A stretch of 64,000 bases of DNA from positions 13,448,081-13,512,080 of the forward strand of contig NC_068995.1 in assembly GCF_001194135.2 (NCBI RefSeq), given 5' to 3'. Shown piece after piece: positions 49,044 to 63,118 of the stretch (its first letter is position 1; each line of letters begins with the position of its first letter). The stretch comes from Octopus bimaculoides. Its lineage: Eukaryota. Below the pieces are notes generated by a model. That model was not told the origin of the DNA and did not search any database. It worked only from the letters and a program-made list of their open reading frames with translations. Position numbers and translations under genes: made by a program.

Positions 49044-50089
49044 TCATATCTACTCAAAATGCATCGCTTTAACTTGGTATCTCTACCTATAAAACGGGTG
49101 TGATATCCTGTTTTTTTGTGTGATTATTGCTACCCAAGGTTTTTTAAACTGAGATAATATTAATATATACATAAACTAATATATATATATAGATATAACG
49201 TTCGTCAAGCGTTGAAGACGGCAATTTTTCTCTTGTTAACACAAATTAGGGTATTTGTGGCAAACGGTTCTCATGATTACTTATTCAGCTACCTTTGTTT
49301 AAATTTACTTCTGTGTTTTTTTTTTATTTCCCCAACCTGTACAGTTTTGAGACTATTCGTCTGATTAAAGTCTGTACTAACACAAANNNNNNNNNNNNNN
49401 NNNNNNNNNNNNNNNNNNNNNNNNNNNNNNNNNNNNNNNNNNNNNNNNNNNNNNNNNNNNNNNNNNNNNNNNNNNNNNNNNNNNNNNNNNNNNNNNNNNN
49501 NNNNNNNNNNNNNNNNNNNNNNNNNNNNNNNNNNNNNNNNNNNNNNNNNNNNNNNNNNNNNNNNNNNNNNNNNNNNNNNNNNNNNNNNNNNNNNNNNNNN
49601 NNNNNNNNNNNNNNNNNNNNNNNNNNNNNNNNNNNNNNNNNNNNNNNNNNNNNNNNNNNNNNNNNNNNNNNNNNNNNNNNNNNNNNNNNNNNNNNNNNNN
49701 NNNNNNNNNNNNNNNNNNNNNNNNNNNNNNNNNNNNNNNNNNNNNNNNNNNNNNNNNNNNNNNNNNNNNNNNNNNNNNNNNNNNNNNNNNNNNNNNNNNN
49801 NNNNNNNNNNNNNNNNNNNNNNNNNNNNNNNNNNNNNNNNNNNNNNNNNNNNNNNNNNNNNNNNNNNNNNNNTATATATATATATATATATATATATATG
49901 TAACTATCTTTAGCTTATTGTATGGAATAAGGCGTGACGCGGCAGCGATCTCCATTTAAAAAAAAATATTAGTGCACGTGAAAAACACGTTGTTTGTTTT
50001 TCTCCTTTTTAGGATGATATATTTATTAACCTATGAGAAAGAAACATTAGCATGTCGTGAAGAAGTTAGAATCCCTACGATTTTACTGT

Positions 50090-50330
50090 AAAGTGTAGCC
50101 ATGTTCGGTAGAGGTGGGGCCTGCCCTTTATCTGCCCTGCCCTGCCCTGCGTTAGGATTCGTGAATTAGCCTCGATTTACAAACTTATTAATTACGTAAG
50201 CCAACAGGACGAGCCCCATGCGAAATCTCGCGACCTGTGATATATAACACCCGAACCTCCTTCAAGCAACACCATATAGTTTTTTTTTTATTTAAATAAA
50301 CATTCTATTACACGACCCGGAGTCACAGTC
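50090..50330. promoter_or_regulatory. CpG-enriched promoter-like patch, possibly between divergent genes
   Basis: (CTGCC)n, TTACGTAA palindrome at 50192-50199 and TCTCGCGA at 50226-50233 (8/10 of the TCTCGCGAGA housekeeping motif). Not an obvious repeat. Confidence 0.35.
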
Positions 50331-53300
50331 TGGCATATACACAAGACGTGATGGTGATAGCGAGCATGCTTTGGTCATATATCTTTTTGATCACAATCGG
50401 CCTGGGGCTAAACAAGTTATTCATATTTGCTAACTTCATTTACTAGGGTTTTTTTTTAACCTTTTTGTTAAGGCAAGCCATCACTAAACTTTTCGGAATC
50501 GGGTTCTTCATATGACCGGCCATAACTAACAACTACATTAAATTTTACTGCTTAAAAAAAATTTTTTAGTGTTTTTTTTTCCGGACAGATGATCAACACA
50601 CACATATACATATCTATACATACACACCTTGCTAGTGTTACACCCCCTGCCACTGTCAATATTTAACTTGCAAATACGTTACGGTAATTTCACATTTAAT
50701 GACTGTATAATAATAGGTTATATATATATATATATAAAACAACTACACAATAACCTATTATCAACTAACAAAAAAAAAAACGAAAACCTTGAGTGCCGAA
50801 CTAAAATCAGTTCTGTAGCTCTTAATCAATATATATGTGTTAAAAAAACAAGCACTGCTTGTCCCTACAACCTTAGGGGTTGTGGATCCAAGATCGGCAT
50901 TCTGAGACATCATACCCATTTCTTTTATAGTAAGTTCGCTTATGAAGGGTTGAGTTCGTAGCTCTCTAGTAAGCGGTCCTACCAGATTATGAGGTCGAAG
51001 TGGCTGATTGATATTGGAATTAGGTTTCTGGATATCGATGATTGTAAAGATATTGTGTACAAGGAGCGGATTCCCGAATGTTGTTTTCTAAAGCGATAAA
51101 GTACTGGGAAGTTAGTGCAAGTTATATAGAGCGAGATACAGCAGATAATAGCAGAAATGAAGCGGGTATAGTTGGACGTGGGCGGTTCGTTCACGGTTTG
51201 TTAGGTCGGAGACACAGATATCATTGTTATTGCTTTTTGATCCCAGATCGGACCTGTCTGAGCTGACATGTCACCACAGGCATTCTCCTGCATTGTCTAT
51301 CTATGTCTCTTCCCTTTTCAAAGATCGGGTATAAATAGAAGGAAATTTGATTGGTTTTTTTTTTCTGGTCTACATGGAGCTAGTACGGAAATATAGTTCA
51401 TCGGTGGGTTAGTGGTTAATGCATGAAAACTCTACTGTCGTTGTCACCATTACGTCTGTTCCCTCGATATAACTCGGCATTCAAATATCACTGGGGTCGA
51501 CTTAGGCGATAATGTACACAACTTTTCCTATTCAAATTAAGCTTTGCACTTTGTGAGAAAAAGATACTATACCTATGTCAGATAAAGGTCACTTATGTTT
51601 GACAACTTCTCTTACACAATTTTTGTTTCCACTTTAATTCTATCTCTCGCATTCTGATTTTAAAATGATCTCAAAATACATGACTGGAGTAAAAGGAACA
51701 AATGTTAGTAAGATGAGGGAAGAAATGAAGGGAAAATAAATAAATAAAAGGGCGAAAAAATGTATTTAGTGAATGTCTGATTCTGCTTTCCTTTGACCCG
51801 CATTCTGTCAGAAAGTCAGTATCATTTAAAGGAATAATTTATCTATAAACTATATGTAACTTTCATTCAACGCACAACGTTATTCAAGATCTGTAGTATA
51901 GCACACAGTCAAAATGTGTGTTGTCGGCAAAAACCAAGAACAACTTAAAATTTTTCAGGATATCGTCTAACAATATAACTCATTGTCAAACCGAAGTCCA
52001 CGCCCACTATCTTACATAGTTTCAGTTTGTTGTCTTTGACAACAGCCAAGACCGAACTATGTAGGTGGAATGGAGAGGAACTCGCGTATTTTAACCTAAA
52101 TCGCTGAGGCTAATAAAAATTAACTTAACTATTATTTTTCATGCAGATGGCATATTTAATATATAATAGGCGACGGCCTGGCTATATGATTAGAAGCTTG
52201 TTTCCCAACCACGTGATCTTGAGTTTAGTCACACTTCATGGCACTTTGGGCAAGTGTCTTCTACTATACCCCAGGCCGACAAAGCCTGTAACTAGAAGCA
52301 GTCCATTGTATATATGTATACGTGTGTGCATGTGATTTTCCTACTCCAGCATTCGACAATCGATTTTAGTTTGTTTACATCCTCTTGGGTAGGTGTTTTC
52401 TATTATAGTACTGGGTCAACCAAAACCGTGTGAGTGGATTTGGTATGCAGTAACTGAAAGAAGCCTGCTCTGTGTGTGTGTCTGTTTACACTTGTCTAGA
52501 TGTCGTATGCTGTTTGTATATGAGCATCACCATCATCATATAAACAAGATTGTTCGTTTCCAGTCTTCTGTGAGGAACATGCCTAGCTATGAGAAAATAT
52601 TTTGCTTGGAAATGGGTGAGGATTGATTTCAAGAAGAGCATCCAGCCATAGAAAATTCTGCCTCAGCAAATTCTGTCTGACCTGTGCAAGCATAGAAAAG
52701 TGGATTAAATGATGATAATGATGATGACTCTAATTTAGCATAATGTAATTTTTGTAGGAGGAGAAAATTTAGTTCATCAGCTGATGGATTTAATTTCAGC
52801 ATAAATCTTTTATTGACTGTGGCAAGATTTGAGATGAGGCACAGAAACTAATATCTATATGTCAATACATCGCCATCATAAGGTGGCAAGATGGTTGAAT
52901 TGTTACCACACTGGACAAAATGCTTAGGGGCATTTTGTCCATCTTTACCATTCTGAGTTCAGATTCCACTGGGGTCAGCTTTACCTTTCATCCTTTTGGA
53001 GGTCAATAAAATAAGTACCAGTTGTGCACTGGGGTTGATGTAATTGACTAACCTACATCTCCTGAACTTGCAGTCCTTACACCAAGATTCGAAACCAATA
53101 TATTGTAAATGTATGCATAACCTGTATGAGTAGTTGACTGGTAAAGTTGTTAGAGTATTGGATAGAATGCTTTGCTGTATCTGTCCTAACTTAGTGTGCA
53201 TTTAGTTCAAATCTGACTGAAGTCAACTTCACCTTTTATGCTTTCAGTGTCAATAAAAATGTAGTAATCGAGAGTGGTGGGTTGGCAGAACTTTTAGAGC

Positions 53301-53721
53301 ATTGGATGAGATGCCTTGTGTTGTCTGTTCTGGTTCTTTGTGACCTAACATTGGTATCAACCTGCACCAGCCCTAAAACAGTGGCTTTTCCCTTACAATA
53401 TTGTTGGTGTTTTGAGGAGCAACTCCTATGCATGGGCAGCTGCCAGTCTAACTCAAAAAAATCTTGTCCTGGTCTGTGTATTCAGATGTAAATATATGGT
53501 ATATGGCTAACCCAGACCAATGAAAGTCTTTCCAACACCATGTATACCACATTACATGATGAGCTTATATATGAATGTGTGTCAGTAAATATGGGTGAAC
53601 AACAGTGTTAGAAAATATAAATGGCTTGCAAAGATGCTGCATTAGCAGAATAAAAGTCAAACTGTGCAATAAAAGAAGCTCTGTAGTATAAGCTTTTTCA
53701 ATATAACATACTTAACACGTG

Positions 53722-54060
53722 AAAGCACATGGGTCAGTGGTTAGAGCATTGCGCTCACAATCATAAGGTCGTGAGTTTGATTCCCAGACCGGACTATGTG
53801 TTGTGTTCTTGAGCAAGACACTTTATTTCATGTTACTCCAGTTCACTCGACTGTAGAAATGAGTTGCATGTCACTGATGCCAAGCTGTATCGGCCTTTGC
53901 CTTTCCCTTGGATAACATCGGTGGTATGGAAAGTGGAGTCTGGTATGCATGGGCAACTGCTGGTCTTCTATAAACAACCTTGTCCGGATTTATATTTTAG
54001 AGGGTAATTTTCTAGGTGCAATCCCATGGTCATTCATGACTGAAGGGAATTTTTACCCTT
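53722..54060 (+). mobile_element. SINE family D, near full-length
   Basis: tRNA-like head gtcagtggttagagc...gtttgattcc. Confidence 0.85.
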
Positions 54061-55694
54061 TACCCTAACATATGTGTCATTGAAATGTCAGTAGCTGTTC
54101 TTTTCATCTGGGGAAAAATCCATTTATAGATGTATTGTGTTAAAAGAAACATGAGACACTTCAGAGCAGGCAAAATTAAATCACCCCAGAAGTGACTACG
54201 AGTGCAACAGATATATATTTTGCTGTTGTTTCAGCTTGTCAATGTCAGAGACTCTTGTCATTTTTGAAAGGATATCAAATCAGCTAGTCTAAAGTATATA
54301 CTATACGCTGATTTGCAAAGGCACCCTGTAAGCAGAATAAGATTCAAATTATGCAATAGAAGCAGCTCTCTAGTGAAAGCTTTAAATAATATAACATACT
54401 TGATGTATGTGTGTGCATTTGAACAGCTAGAAGCTATATCCCTGTATTGACATATTGTGTTAAAACGCTATATACTTGAGAGCTAGCAAAAGGAAGTGAC
54501 TGTGAGAGTGACAAATATTTTGTGTGTTATATAGACTTAAAGCATGCCTGAGATGTTTTTAGGGAGGAGAAGGAAATAGCTAGCAAGTTGTGATATAGCT
54601 GCTTCTACCAAAGTCTTTAGTGATGTTAAGCGAGACGGTTTCAGACGTAAAATTAAAAATCAAAAAGAGGTTAGAGTATTGATTGGTAAAAGGCAGGTAA
54701 AGCGTTGACTTCTAAGGAAAGTGTAACATCTGTAGGTAATGATTAAATTGTAGCACATAGTTACAATGAAGTACAGGTGAATAATAGTAATAATAATGAT
54801 CTCTTACATAGGTACAAGATTTCGAATTTGAGGGGAGTGAATGAGCTGATTATACTATATTCAGCAGCTGGTTAGTATTTTATTTTATCAACCCTGAAAG
54901 GATGAAAGGTAAAGTTGATCTTAGTTGGGATTTAAGCTCAGACGATATAGGGCTAGAATAAACACTTCAATTCACCAACCCGAAAACTTTCTAATATAAG
55001 CACAAGTAAGGTAGAATTGTTAGCATGCTGGGTGGAATGCTTAGGGACATTCCGTCTGTCTTTACATTCTGAGTTCAAATTCCACTGACGTCAACTTTGC
55101 TTTTCATCCTTTTGGGATCAAAATATGTAGAGTTGAACTCTGGGGTCAATGTAATCAACTTAACCTCTCCCCTGAAATTGCTGCCCCTATGCCAAAATTT
55201 GAAACCAGTATAAGCATAGGGCCTAAAATTTTGTGAGGAGAGGGAGTAGTACTTGATTAGTAATTTACTTTATTGAACTCATTAGAAGAATGAAAGTCGA
55301 AGTTCACCTCAATGGGATTTGAACTCGGAACATAAGGAACTGAACAAATGTCACAAGGAATACTCCAATGACTTTATCAACCTGTCACCAACACACGGTC
55401 ACACATGTTGTAAATGGGTGTAATTAATTTAGTTGACACTCCAGTACTTGACTAACATTTATTCATCAACCCCTGAACAACTGAAGGCAAAATCGACTTT
55501 GGCAGAATGTGAACACAGAATGCAAAGGACATAACTAAATACCAACACTACATTTTGTCTATCAGTCTATCAATCAATCAGTGCTGTCATCCACTACCTT
55601 TCAATAATAATAATAATAATAATCTATGCTATCTTAATTACTCAGTGTACCTCACTGTAACTAGACATCTAGCTAAATACATTTTACTGATGTA

Positions 55695-56294
55695 CAAGGT
55701 GTATTCCAGAAATTTTGAGACTTTTTAGGAGAGGCAGTTATAACTATCCAAGATTATTGTGATTTTAGTACATCATTACTATACATCTAATAAGCTGACC
55801 TGCCAACTTTTGTTATTCCAGATTGAAGGAGACGACTATAACAACACTTTTAACACACCTTATTAAACACTATTTGTCACAGCAGATTAGTTAGCAGAAT
55901 GCAGTTAGATTTTGAAGGAGTTCAGTAGATTTTGTTGCAAAAGCCAGAACACCCACACCAGGACAGTGCACCAGTCCACAGTTCCATCCTGGTAACTAAC
56001 TACTTGATAGAGGTAAGCCTCAAAAGTTTTCCTCACACTCCCTACAGTCCAGACCTTGCTCTCTGTGACTTTTGTCTGTTCTCCAAGCTGAAAGAGATGA
56101 AGGAAGCTGTAACAAGGGTCCTGAACACCTTCACTTTGGAGGATTCCATGAGGCCTTCATGAGAAGTGGCTGAAACATTATAACAAGTGCATCGAAGTCA
56201 GAGAATCCTACTTTGAAGGAGATTAGAGTTTTGTATTTCTTTGAAATTACTAGATGTCTCTCCTGAAAAGGTCAAACTTCTGGAATACACCTTG
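55695..56294 (+). mobile_element. Internally deleted mariner element
   Basis: 17-bp TIR CAAGGTGTATTCCAGAA, left TA. Relic HQDSAPVHSS...PHTPYSPDLALCDF matches the mariner HDNA..H and YSPDLAP.D motifs. Confidence 0.85.
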
Positions 56295-56871
56295 GAAGTA
56301 ACAGGATCTTGGTAGAAGACAAATATTTTTATATATTGACTAATATGTTATTTCTTTAAAATAGTAAGGTGTGATCTGAGGAGATTTGGTTGCTATTTCT
56401 TGCAGGTTTAGTGACCACATACAGGCTTCCATTTGTTGTATTTTTCTGTCTAGGTCAGCTCTAATTAAGTCAACAGATGATTAAAATCAATCCTGCTATG
56501 ACCATCCCATTTTATTTTCAGCTGCAGTTTATCCAAGATTATATTATAGGGTTCTTCTCTTTTTCGTTAAAGATATGATGGAAATTTGGCTGTTATTTCT
56601 AGCATGTCAAGCAATTCGATAGTCTCCTTTAGTGACTATAAGGAACAATTAGCAAAATATCAGGGAATGCTAACTGAAAGAGACTAGTATCCCATCAAGG
56701 AAGAGATTTGTCTTTTGAGTACTTAATGCTACAAAACTAGTTCAAAGGGAAAACTCTTATGTGCTCCTTTGGGCTCTCAGGAGCTATTTATAATTAAAGG
56801 GGAAAAAAACAACTTAATTCGTAGTTTTAAAGTATAGTCAGTCATTCAAGGATGTAAAATCAATTAAACTT

Positions 56872-58249
56872 AACGCCCTGTCGCAATGAGGATGGCAAAC
56901 CGAATGTGTTCAACGCCGCCCCACCCATTTTGAGCAGGACATCCTCGATTTCAACCAGCACATTATTGTAGATCAGGTCATTGTATCCAATGTCAGCATT
57001 AGGGCACTGTTGCTTTGCCGGTCATCATTTGCCTTGACCACCGAGAAAGAAAAATTACGTACAGAGAATTTCATAAACAGAAATGAATGGAAAAAAGGTT
57101 CGTAAATTTTTAGATTATCNNNNNNNNNNNNNNNNNNNNNNNNNNNNNNNNNNNNNNNNNNNNNNNNNNNNNNNNNNNNNNNNNNNNNNNNNNNNNNNNN
57201 NNNNNNNNNNNNNNNNNNNNNNNNNNNNNNNNNNNNNNNNNNNNNNNNNNNNNNNNNNNNNNNNNNNNNNNNNNNNNNNNNNNNNNNNNNNNNNNNNNNN
57301 NNNNNNNNNNNNNNNNNNNNNNNNNNNNNNNNNNNNNNNNNNNNNNNNNNNNNNNNNNNNNNNNNNNNNNNNNNNNNNNNNNNNNNNNNNNNNNNNNNNN
57401 NNNNNNNNNNNNNNNNNNNNNNNNNNNNNNNNNNNNNNNNNNNNNNNNNNNNNNNNNNNNNNNNNNNNNNNNNNNNNNNNNNNNNNNNNNNNNNNNNNNN
57501 NNNNNNNNNNNNNNNNNNNNNNNNNNNNNNNNNNNNNNNNNNNNNNNNNNNNNNNNNNNNNNNNNNNNNNNNNNNNNNNNNNNNNNNNNNNNNNNNNNNN
57601 NNNNNNNNNNNNNNNNNNNNNNNNNNNNNNNNNNNNNNNNNNNNNNNNNNNNNNNNNNNNNNNNNNNNNNNNNNNNNNNNNNNNNNNNNNNNNNNNNNNN
57701 NNNNNNNNNNNNNNNNNNNNNNNNNNNNNNNNNNNNNNNNNNNNNNNNNNNNNNNNNNNNNNNNNNNNNNNNNNNNNNNNNNNNNNNNNNNNNNNNNNNN
57801 NNNNNNNNNNNNNNNNNNNNNNNNNNNNNNNNNNNNNNNNNNNNNNNNNNNNNNNNNNNNNNNNNNNNNNNNNNNNNNNNNNNNNNNNNNNNNNNNNNNN
57901 NNNNNNNNNNNNNNNNNNNNNNNNNNNNNNNNNNNNNNNNNNNNNNNNNNNNNNNNNNNNNNNNNNNNNNNNNNNNNNNNNNNNNNNNNNNNNNNNNNNN
58001 NNNNNNNNNNNNNNNNNNNNNNNNNNNNNNNNNNNNNNNAGTAAATTTCAAAATTGGTAAAATTGTTGAAAAAGTTGAAAATCGATTTTTAGCGCTATCC
58101 GCGGGTGCCTCAGGAAAAATACGTTCACGAAAATACAGCTAGGGTCGTGATGAATGTCCTAAAATTGGAGCGACGTGCGTGCTAATTTGTGGACGTGCAT
58201 AAATTACATTCACACACACACACACCTGCCTTTTATAGATATATATAGA
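56872..58249 (-). mobile_element. Helitron fragment (Rep-Hel relic plus 5' end), spanning a gap
   Basis: Minus frame IYNNVLVEIEDVLLKMGGAALNTFGLPS resembles the Helitron RepHel linker; A|TCTATATATATCTATAAAAG 5' end at 58249. Confidence 0.55.
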
Positions 58250-59797
58250 TATTGTGCATGTATTTTTAGCTTTTATTGCTGTCTTTCTTTTCTTGACTTA
58301 TTACTGCTTTCTCTACCTTCTCTTATTCTTTTCTGACATGTTATGGTGCACCTGAGCATTGTAAACAATAAGCTTATTATTATTATTATTATTATTGAGT
58401 GAGAGAGCAGTGCATGCCATCAAAGTGACACTGGGGTAAAATATACGAAGCCCAGTATACCCATCATGACTACCCGTCTGATACGGTACACCAGGCACAA
58501 CCATATGTGCGCGACATGGTGATCTCATATCAAGATAAACGGCGCTATTAATATTATTATTAATTATTATTATTATTATTACTATTATCATTATCATTAT
58601 TATTATTCATGTAATGTTCATTGTCCATGCTGGAATGGGCTGCCCTTCCTAATGCCAACCATTCTGAGAATGTAATGGGTGCTTTTACGTGCTACCAGCA
58701 CAGGTGCCAGTTACATGATACCAGCATTAGCCATGACTACAATTTTACTTGCCTTGACGGGTCTTCTCAAGTACAGCATATCACCGATGGTCTCAGTCAC
58801 TCGTCATTACCTCCATGGTGCCCAAAGTTTGAAGATCCATACTTCACCACCTCATCCCATGTCTTCTTGGGTCTACCTCTACTATAGTTTCCCTCCACAG
58901 TTATAGATTGGCACTTCTTTACACAGCTATCCTCATCCATACAAATCACATGACCATACCAGTGCAGTCATCTCTCTTGCACACCACATCTGATGCCTCT
59001 TGTACCCAACTTTTCTCTCAAAATGCTTATTCTCTGTGATATTATTATTATTGTTGTTGGCAGAATCTTTAGCAGAATCGTTAGCTAGCAGACTAATTAA
59101 TTAGCATGGCAGGCGAAATGATTAGCAGTATCTTGCCTGTCACTGCATTCTGAGTTCAAATTCCACTGATGCCAACTTTGCCTTTCATCCTTTCAGGGGG
59201 TCGATAAATTAAGTACCAGTTGCGTACTGGAGTCAATCTAATCGACTGCCCCCCCCTCCCCCAAATTTCAGGCCTTGTGCCTACTGCAGAAAGTATTATT
59301 ATTATTATTATTATCCAGCTGTAGAAACTCTGCCAAATCAGATTGGAGCCTGGTGTAGCCATCTGGTTTCACCAGTCCTCAGTCAAATCGTCCAACCCTT
59401 GCTAGCATGGAAAGCGGACATTAAATGACGACGATGATGATGATGATGATTATTGCTGTTGTTAAAGTGGCAAGCTGTCAGGATCATTACCATGCCAGAT
59501 AAAATGCTTAGTAACATTTCTTCCAGCATTATGTTCTTAGTTCAAATTCTCCTAAATGCAACTTTATTCTGCTGAGGTCAATTTTGCTTTCCATCTTTTC
59601 AGAGCCAATTAGTACCAGTTCAATTACCAAGGTTGATGTAATCAACTAACCTTTTCCCCCACAATATTTCTAACTTTGTACCCATAGCAGAAAGGATTCT
59701 TCTTTTTCTTGTTCTTCTTGTTCTTATTATTATTGTTATTATTATTTAGTTATTTATTCATAATTATCTTTCTTTTTCTGTATCCAGAACAGACAAA

Positions 59798-59861
59798 ATG
59801 AGTTCAAGTACTGAACATGAGCTGCTTGATGTTAGTCAACCTACATATAATGATCATATTG
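59798..59861 (+). CDS. Probable first coding exon of an unidentified gene (MSSSTEHELLDVSQPTYNDHI)
   Basis: Pyrimidine tract plus ccag acceptor at 59787, ATG in caaaATG context, G|gtaagc donor in phase 1. Confidence 0.55.
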
Positions 59862-60299
59862 GTAAGCTGATGGAAAAACATTTATTTATCAAAACACATC
59901 AAACATTTATTAAAACATTTGTTCTGTAATACATCCCACATTTGCTTTGTTACACATCTCAAACGTTTGATTAAATATCCTTTTATCTACATAAACATTT
60001 AATAATTGTGTTGTATGGTGTTTCATATTATGTGTCCAAACTGATCCTGAAATTTGGCTGTATATAATAATACTTTATACTATAGTATAAAGCAGTAGTG
60101 GGCCAACTTTGCTGTTTGAAGCTTTCTATATGGCAATTTTTACCTAGTAGTGTCACCTGTCTGATGATGAGCTATGTCTCATCTGGTCTGCTTCGTGAAA
60201 AACATTGTCTGTGCCTGGAATAAAACATTAAAAGAAAGCATCCTCAATGCCCTGAAAATTTTGTCTTGCCTTTCTGTGTTGTCCTTTTTGTCTTGTGTT

Positions 60300-60345
<46 letters not shown>

Positions 60346-60661
60346 TCATCATCATTTAGCATCCATTTGTCCATGCTAGCTGGTTTGACCAGGGCTGGTA
60401 AGCTAAGAGGCTCCACCAGACTCTAGTCTGGTTTAGCATGGTTTCTATGACTGGATGCCCTTCCTAATGCCAACCACTCTGAGAGTATAATGGGTGCCAG
60501 TTGTGTGACACCAGTATCTGTCATGACTACAATTTCACTTAGCTTGATGGATCTTCCTTCTCAAGCACAGCATATTGCCAAAGGCCTCAGTCATTTGTCA
60601 TTGTCTCCGTGAGGTCCATATATANNNNNNNNNNAGTCATTTGTCATTGTCTCCGTGAGGT

Positions 60662-60697
<36 letters not shown>

Positions 60698-60699
60698 GT

Positions 60700-61090
60700 T
60701 TATTTATTTCAGTCATTTGACTGTGGCCATGCTGGACCATCGCCTTTAGTCAAGCAAATCGACCCCAGGACTTATTCTTTGTTAGTCTAGTACTTATTCT
60801 ATCGGTCTTTTTTGCCAAACCGCTAAGTTACGGGGACGTAAACACACCAGCATCGGTTGTCAAGCGATGTTGGNNNNNNNNNNNNGGGGGGGGGGGACAA
60901 ACACAGACACACAAACATATATATATACATATATACGACAGGCTTCTTTCAGTTTCTGTCTACCAAATCCACTCACAAGGCTTTGGTCGGCCCGAGGCTA
61001 TAGTAGAAGACACTTGCCCAAGGTGCCACGCAGTGGGACTGAACCCGGAACATAAGCAAGTTACTTATGACACAGCCACTCCTACGCCTA
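60700..61090 (-). mobile_element. SINE family A
   Basis: Full-length reverse complement with a small gap. Confidence 0.85.
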
Positions 61091-61146
61091 TCTGTGAAAT
61101 TTTTTTTTTAAGAAGATTTTAACTTCATAATATCTGTTTATTTCAG

Positions 61147-61205
61147 ACTTTTTGGATAGTATGGAATCATTGAGTTTGTATAAGGACTTTGATGAAACTG
61201 CTGAG
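61147..61205 (+). CDS. Next coding exon of the same gene (DFLDSMESLSLYKDFDETAE)
   Basis: tttatttcag acceptor and GAG|gtaaga donor; phase 1-in matches the previous exon; frame open. Confidence 0.55.
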
Positions 61206-61885
61206 GTAAGATATTTATCATCTGTACTTCCTCCTCATCATCATCATCACCATTTTCAGCAGCATCATTTTTACTTTAGCTTTTGCAAGCTGGTATTGGT
61301 TGGACAGATTGTCAGGTCTTTTTAAGAGTTACTACCCTCCTGGATGTGTCGGACATTATACCTCACTCATGTTACATTTTTGGCATTTTTTTAATGTTTG
61401 TCTGCTCTTTCTGTTGCCTATTGTTTTACTGATTGTGCTGGGTTTATTTTATTGTAACACCAGTAAGAGAGAGGTCATGCTCTATGCGAGACTAAAGAGT
61501 CTTCTCTACCGTATGTTGTTTCTGTTTGCTCACCAACCACTTATGGAGTGAACTGGATGCATTTTATTATGGCACCAATGCTAGAGAGATTGCCTTGTCC
61601 CTTTCAAGACTAAAGAATTCTCTCTCTGTTTTATGTTGTTCCCATGTGTTTGTTCACTAGCACCAAACACTTGTTTTATTCCAGCAGGTTGAGGAGAGAG
61701 TGATGGCAGAGGACCAGAACCTGAGGGTGATTGCAAGGAGAGTAATGGAAGATAGCCAGAATGATAAAAGTGTCTGAGTGGAGAGTAAAGGAAGGGAGAG
61801 AAAGTAATGAAGATGGATGAGGGTAAAAGAAAGGGAGTAATTTATAATGATGGATAAGTGATATGAGGAGAGAGGTAGACAGAGT

Positions 61886-62239
61886 TGTTGGCACTCTGTC
61901 GCTTACGACGTCGAGGGTTCCAGTTGATCAACAGAACAGCCTGCTCATGAAATTAACGTGCAAGTGTACCCTTAACGTAGTTCTCGGGGATATTCAGCGT
62001 GACACAGTGTGACAAGGCTGACCCTTTGAATTACAGGCACAACAGAAACAGGAAGTAAGAGTGAGAGAAATTTGTGGTGGAAGAGTACAGCAGGGTTTGC
62101 CACCATCCCCTGCCGGAGCCTCGTGGAGCTTTAGGTGTTTTAGCTCAATAAACACTCACAACGCCCGGTCTGGAAATCGAAAGCGCGATCCTATGACCGC
62201 GAGTCCGCTGCCCTAACCACTGGGCCATTGCGCCTCCAC
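61886..62239 (-). mobile_element. SINE family C, full-length with TSD
   Basis: 12-bp TSD GGTAGACAGAGT at 61874-61885 and 62240-62251. Confidence 0.9.
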
Positions 62240-63068
62240 GGTAGACAGAGTGATGGTTAACAATACAGAATATGGAGCAGAATACAGATAGAACAAATGC
62301 AATGTTATTGCTGCCAATACAAGTGGTACTTTCCATACTCATTGTATATCCACACCAGCTTTGTTTTATTTTTTGCACACTACAGTTGATTCCTCATGAA
62401 ACAGCAATTCTACACATCCAGTGGAACATACTCACCTCAAATCCTTCCAACAATTAAATCCTGTACATTCAAAACAGACACACATGTCTTGCTACCATAC
62501 TGCATCATATAATGAGTTCTTTGCTGTGATAGAGAAACAATTTGTTATTAGTAGAAGTAAGGGCTTGCTGAATTTTTTTCCACTCTGTTCTCACTCTGGT
62601 AACTATGCTTTCAGAGCACCCATCCCCACTGCTAAATTAGGTCATCTAAGTACCAAAACTATCAACTACTTTTAAATAGTCTTCTGAGAATTTGAAGGAA
62701 TATTTCACATACTTTTGCTGTAAACTACTCCTTTTCATTTATCACATACAAAATCTACTTTCCCTGTCATCCTACCTGTGATCCCACTACACCTCTTGTG
62801 TGTCTATTGTTTACAATGAAAGTACACCTATGGAATTTCTGCCTACACCTTTAGTGCTTGTTAAGCATAACCACTTACCTTATAGCAGTAATGTCCTATC
62901 TTTGTTCATGTTAACACTTTAGCGTCTCTGTCAATTATATGATAATTTGATAAACTGATATAATCACTGGGTTTCACATAAAATATTACACTTTACATAT
63001 ATTGGATTTCACAAAAAACTATTGTATTTTATATACTCTGGATTCTTATCGAAAGCAATACCTCTGTA

Positions 63069-63118
<50 letters not shown>

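Noticed and set aside
60589-60670. 36-bp exact direct repeat on either side of a 10-N gap
   Set aside because: Typical contig-overlap artefact.
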